The notes beneath the pieces are model-generated. The model was not told where the DNA came from and made no database searches. It worked only from the letters and a program-made list of their open reading frames with translations. The position numbers and the translations under genes were made by a program. Shown here in pieces: positions 33,042 through 35,927 of a DNA stretch of 35,927 nucleotides; positions within the stretch are counted from its first letter, which is position 1, and each line of letters opens with the position of its first letter. Source of the stretch: Planctomycetota bacterium. GTDB taxonomy: Bacteria; Planctomycetota; Phycisphaerae; Sedimentisphaerales; Anaerohalosphaeraceae. The stretch spans positions 1-35,927 of the forward strand of contig JAGHBX010000562.1 of the NCBI GenBank assembly GCA_021160785.1, read 5' to 3'.

Positions 33042-35627
33042 GTGAGAAATATAAAAGTGACGCTGGCAGGAATTGTCGCTGCTGCTTTAATGTTCAACGG
33101 TGTTGTTTCAGCTGAGAGTTGGGTTGACAAGGCCAAAAAAGAGAAACCTAATGCCGAGCGGTTTTTTAAAGAGACCAATCTTAATTCCGGTTTTCACAAA
33201 GATAGACCCAGGATCAATTCCGATGAGCTTGGCAGGAGACTTGACAGGATGCTTGGCGGTATGAAGGGTTATAAATACGGCGATGAATCGGGCGATGTGG
33301 CGAACTTTAGAACGACCATGGAGTCTGCATACGGCAATAGGGATTTGCAGCGTTTAGCGGAGAAGCGTTTTATCGCATATCTTCAAACTGACGCGTCGTA
33401 TCAGGCAAAGCAGATGGTTTGCAGGGAATTACGCAAGATCGGCAGCGGCGAATGTGTGGCGGTTCTTGGCAAGATGCTTGTAGATCCGGAATTTTCGGAT
33501 ATGGGACGGTATGCGCTGGAGTGTAATATGTCGGCAGGTGCTGACGAGGCGTTTGTTGCCGCGGTCGATAAGACGAACGGTCAGGTTAAGGCCGGTATTA
33601 TAAACTCTATAGGTGTTCGCCGGAGTGCGGCTGCGACAGATACGCTCGCAAAGCTTGTAAATGCCGGCGATTCGATGGTTGCTGAGGCGGCGATAGCGGC
33701 TTTGGGGCAGATCGGGACGGTTCGTTCAGCTGAGATTTTGCAGAAGGCAAAGGGCGATGTTTCGAGGGCACTTATACGGTGTGCCAACAGGATTAGCGAA
33801 AGCGATAAGGAAGCTGCCGGTAAGATCTATGCTGGGCTTTCCGATTCCAGAGCCAACTGGCGCATCCGTGTTGCAGCGGTCAAGGGTATGCTTGAATTGA
33901 AACCTACTGGAACAAAGCTGGATGGTATTGTTGATGATGTTGCCGATGCGCTTACAAGTAGTGATGCGGAGAATAGGGCTATTGGTGTTGCTGTTGTCGG
34001 GGCACTTCCGGGTGACAGTTGTATTACCAGGAAAATTGCCGGGGTTGTTAATAAGTGCGAGCCTTATGTTCAGGAGCAGTTGATATATTCACTTGGTGAG
34101 CGTGGTGACAGTGCTGCTCTAGATGCGGTATCGGCGGCAGCTGATTCGAAAGACACGTTTGTTCGGCAGGCGTCGCTCGAGACGCTGGGCAGAATCGGCA
34201 ATGCTTCTTCGATAGTTCTTCTGGCTAACAAGAATGCCAAGGGGTCGAAAGAGGAAAAAGAGATTGCCCTTACGAGTTTGCGGCGTCTTAAAGGAGAGGG
34301 CATAGAAAATGCCTTCAGTGAACTTATCAAATCCGGACCGGAAGGCAGCAGAAGGGATGTCATCTATGCTGTCGGCCAGCGTCGTATGTATCAAGCTTTT
34401 GACGATATGTACCAGATTGCCAAAAACGAAGATAACGCTCGTATTCGAAGAGAGGCGATTCTGTCGCTGGGATACCTGTCCAAAGCCGATCAGATCGATA
34501 AACTTGTTGGGCTTGCGACATATCCGAAGGAAGTAGGTGACGGTTCGGCGATTGAAAAATCGGTGGTTATGGTTTTCGAATTAATAAAAGATAAAAATGC
34601 CCAGGCCAAACCGGTTATCGCAACTTTCAAAGATGCACCGGACGAGGCAAAGCCGCTGCTCTTGAAACTGCTTAACAAACCTGCTACGCGCGAGGCATTT
34701 GATGTGGTAAGTTCGGCGGTGAAATCATCGAATCCCAAGGTTAGTGATGCGGCTATCCGTTCGCTTGGCGACTGGCCCAATTATGATGCTGCTGATGTGC
34801 TTTACAGTATTGCCTCTGGCAGTTCAAGTCAACTGCACAGTGTTCTTGCTCTTAGAGGTTATGTTCGCATGGCACAGATGGCCGATGATCCCGTAATCAT
34901 TTATTCAAAAGCCATGAAACTGGCTAAACGGCCTCAGGAGGTCACGATGGTTCTTTCAGGACTCGGCAGTGCCGATTCATTTGAGGCTATCGAGGTGGTC
35001 AAAAAGTATATGCAGGACGAACGGTTCAAGCCTGAGGCTTTTAATGCCGCGATAAACATTTCAAGCAGGTATTGCTGGCATGATTATTCCGGCACGAAGT
35101 CGCTTATGGAGAGTATCATGGCCCAGACGCCGAGTAAAAGCATACGTGATAAGGCCGGCAAGGTAATCGACCAGATGAACAGGTTTAACGGTAATATTTT
35201 CAAGTGGTATATTTCAGAGCTTTATAAAATCGACGGCAAGAATGGCGACAGTGTATTCAAGATGACTTTTGATGTGGAGAATGATATCACTAAGGCTAAG
35301 TGGAGCAAATTTGACTGTCCGACTGACAAAGAAGATATCGATCTGGAAGAGCTGCGTTTTGGTGATGTGAACAATTGCAGCGTGTATCTTTATAACTATA
35401 TTTATTCATCCATCGAGCAGGAGGCCAAAACGCATATGGGGGCCGATGACAGGATCAAGGCATGGATCAACGGTGTTGAGATCGAGAATGACCGCTTTAA
35501 ATTCCGCAAGGGCAAAAATACCTTTATGATAAAAGTCGGAGATTTAGACGGGGGTTGGCGTTTCAGGTGTAGGGTTACCAAACCAGATGACTCACGCATT
35601 GAAAATTTAAGGTTTGCACTTAGGTAG
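33042..35627 (+). CDS. secreted HEAT-repeat solenoid protein with C-terminal PA14/GH2N-like beta-sandwich; paralog of the HEAT core of 11451..14642
   Basis: The ORF is open from ATG 33012. GTG 33042 follows AAAGGG and gives (M)RNIKVTLAGIVAAALMFNGVVSA. AKQMVCRELRKIGSGECVAVLGKML aligns with AKQAVCKQLSMIATEKSVPVLAKMS, and VKAGIINSIGVRR aligns with LKAGIINILAVRG, in the 1098-aa ORF. The C-terminus is GADDRIKAWINGVEIEN..FMIKVGDLDGGWRFRCRV. Confidence 0.8.
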   Translation: MRNIKVTLAGIVAAALMFNGVVSAESWVDKAKKEKPNAERFFKETNLNSGFHKDRPRINSDELGRRLDRMLGGMKGYKYGDESGDVANFRTTMESAYGNRDLQRLAEKRFIAYLQTDASYQAKQMVCRELRKIGSGECVAVLGKMLVDPEFSDMGRYALECNMSAGADEAFVAAVDKTNGQVKAGIINSIGVRRSAAATDTLAKLVNAGDSMVAEAAIAALGQIGTVRSAEILQKAKGDVSRALIRCANRISESDKEAAGKIYAGLSDSRANWRIRVAAVKGMLELKPTGTKLDGIVDDVADALTSSDAENRAIGVAVVGALPGDSCITRKIAGVVNKCEPYVQEQLIYSLGERGDSAALDAVSAAADSKDTFVRQASLETLGRIGNASSIVLLANKNAKGSKEEKEIALTSLRRLKGEGIENAFSELIKSGPEGSRRDVIYAVGQRRMYQAFDDMYQIAKNEDNARIRREAILSLGYLSKADQIDKLVGLATYPKEVGDGSAIEKSVVMVFELIKDKNAQAKPVIATFKDAPDEAKPLLLKLLNKPATREAFDVVSSAVKSSNPKVSDAAIRSLGDWPNYDAADVLYSIASGSSSQLHSVLALRGYVRMAQMADDPVIIYSKAMKLAKRPQEVTMVLSGLGSADSFEAIEVVKKYMQDERFKPEAFNAAINISSRYCWHDYSGTKSLMESIMAQTPSKSIRDKAGKVIDQMNRFNGNIFKWYISELYKIDGKNGDSVFKMTFDVENDITKAKWSKFDCPTDKEDIDLEELRFGDVNNCSVYLYNYIYSSIEQEAKTHMGADDRIKAWINGVEIENDRFKFRKGKNTFMIKVGDLDGGWRFRCRVTKPDDSRIENLRFALR

Positions 35628-35752
35628 TAAATTAAAGGATCACAAATGCTCTGTAGAAAAGCTCTGAATTTTCACCGTTAAACCTTGCGCTATCTCGGGA
35701 TTGACCTCTGCAGTGCAGTGCGGGGCGTCGATGGGCCTGAAGAATACACCGG

Positions 35753-35899
35753 CTAGATACCGAATCTCGGCCGCCAGCCGCTGCGCAGGGTCGTCAGTTT
35801 TTTTAAAAAAGAATTGACTATATTTCAAGAATACGCTATTGTTAACGTACACGGTGCAGGGTTTTGAGTTTGTTATCCAGACTCAGAGAGGCTTGGATT
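35753..35899 (+). promoter_or_regulatory. cassette copy C (promoter/leader)
   Basis: Hairpin + T-run at 35777-35804. -35 TTGACT at 35814-35819, 17-nt spacer, -10 TATTGT at 35837-35842. Leader hairpin at 35863-35887. ATG at 35900. Confidence 0.5.
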
Positions 35900-35927
35900 A
35901 TGAGAAAAGGATTTATCTTCGTAGGGA
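35900..35927 (+). CDS. 5' end of a CDS running off the window (MRKGFIFVG...), possibly a diverged prepilin-like gene
   Basis: The ATG is in the same position relative to the cassette as MRKKGFTLIELL at 22072. Only 9 codons are visible, and they do not show the canonical TLIEL. Confidence 0.35.

Noticed and set aside
35640-35852. 70-aa - strand ORF, and similar - strand ORFs 9454..9777 and 21743..21952, whose N-termini read MAGGRES.. and MAASRES..
   Set aside because: Their similarity is a by-product of reading the conserved cassette on the opposite strand. The rest of each ORF is unrelated, and each overlaps the ends of + strand genes.

Overview
A 35.9-kb window in which every credible gene lies on the + strand. 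It reads as a PVC-superphylum style glycan-utilisation locus (Phycisphaerae, Kiritimatiellota or Lentisphaerota-like). The taxon is inferred only from the GFTLIELLVVIAIIALLLSIL pseudopilin-like proteins with H-X9-DG tails. Contents: two prepilin-like proteins, an MFS sugar porter, two tandem beta-helix proteins and two paralogous large putative glycosidases. There is also a 1490-aa multidomain enzyme (dockerin-like, 2x malectin-like, clan GH-A-like TIM barrel, PA14), a LamG protein, a frameshifted GH38 alpha-mannosidase, a GH99/GH71-like protein and a UROD-fold protein. The most interesting part is three TAT-signal Gfo/Idh/MocA dehydrogenases. Two of them are each followed by a secreted HEAT-solenoid protein, one of which is fused to a ThuA domain. 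A remnant xylose-isomerase-fold TIM-barrel gene sits between them. I read this as a candidate secreted oxidative (keto-glycoside) cleavage system working beside classical glycosidases. Outside the ORFs, a ~150-bp terminator/promoter/leader cassette occurs three times. It carries a leader hairpin with one compensatory change, and one copy is orphaned in front of a dehydrogenase gene. An 18-nt palindrome-containing motif recurs upstream of two genes. Several genes show decay: a frameshift, two apparent in-frame internal deletions and a LamG relic. No rRNA, tRNA, CRISPR or transposase was recognised. All family calls come from reading motifs by eye, not from HMM or BLAST searches.
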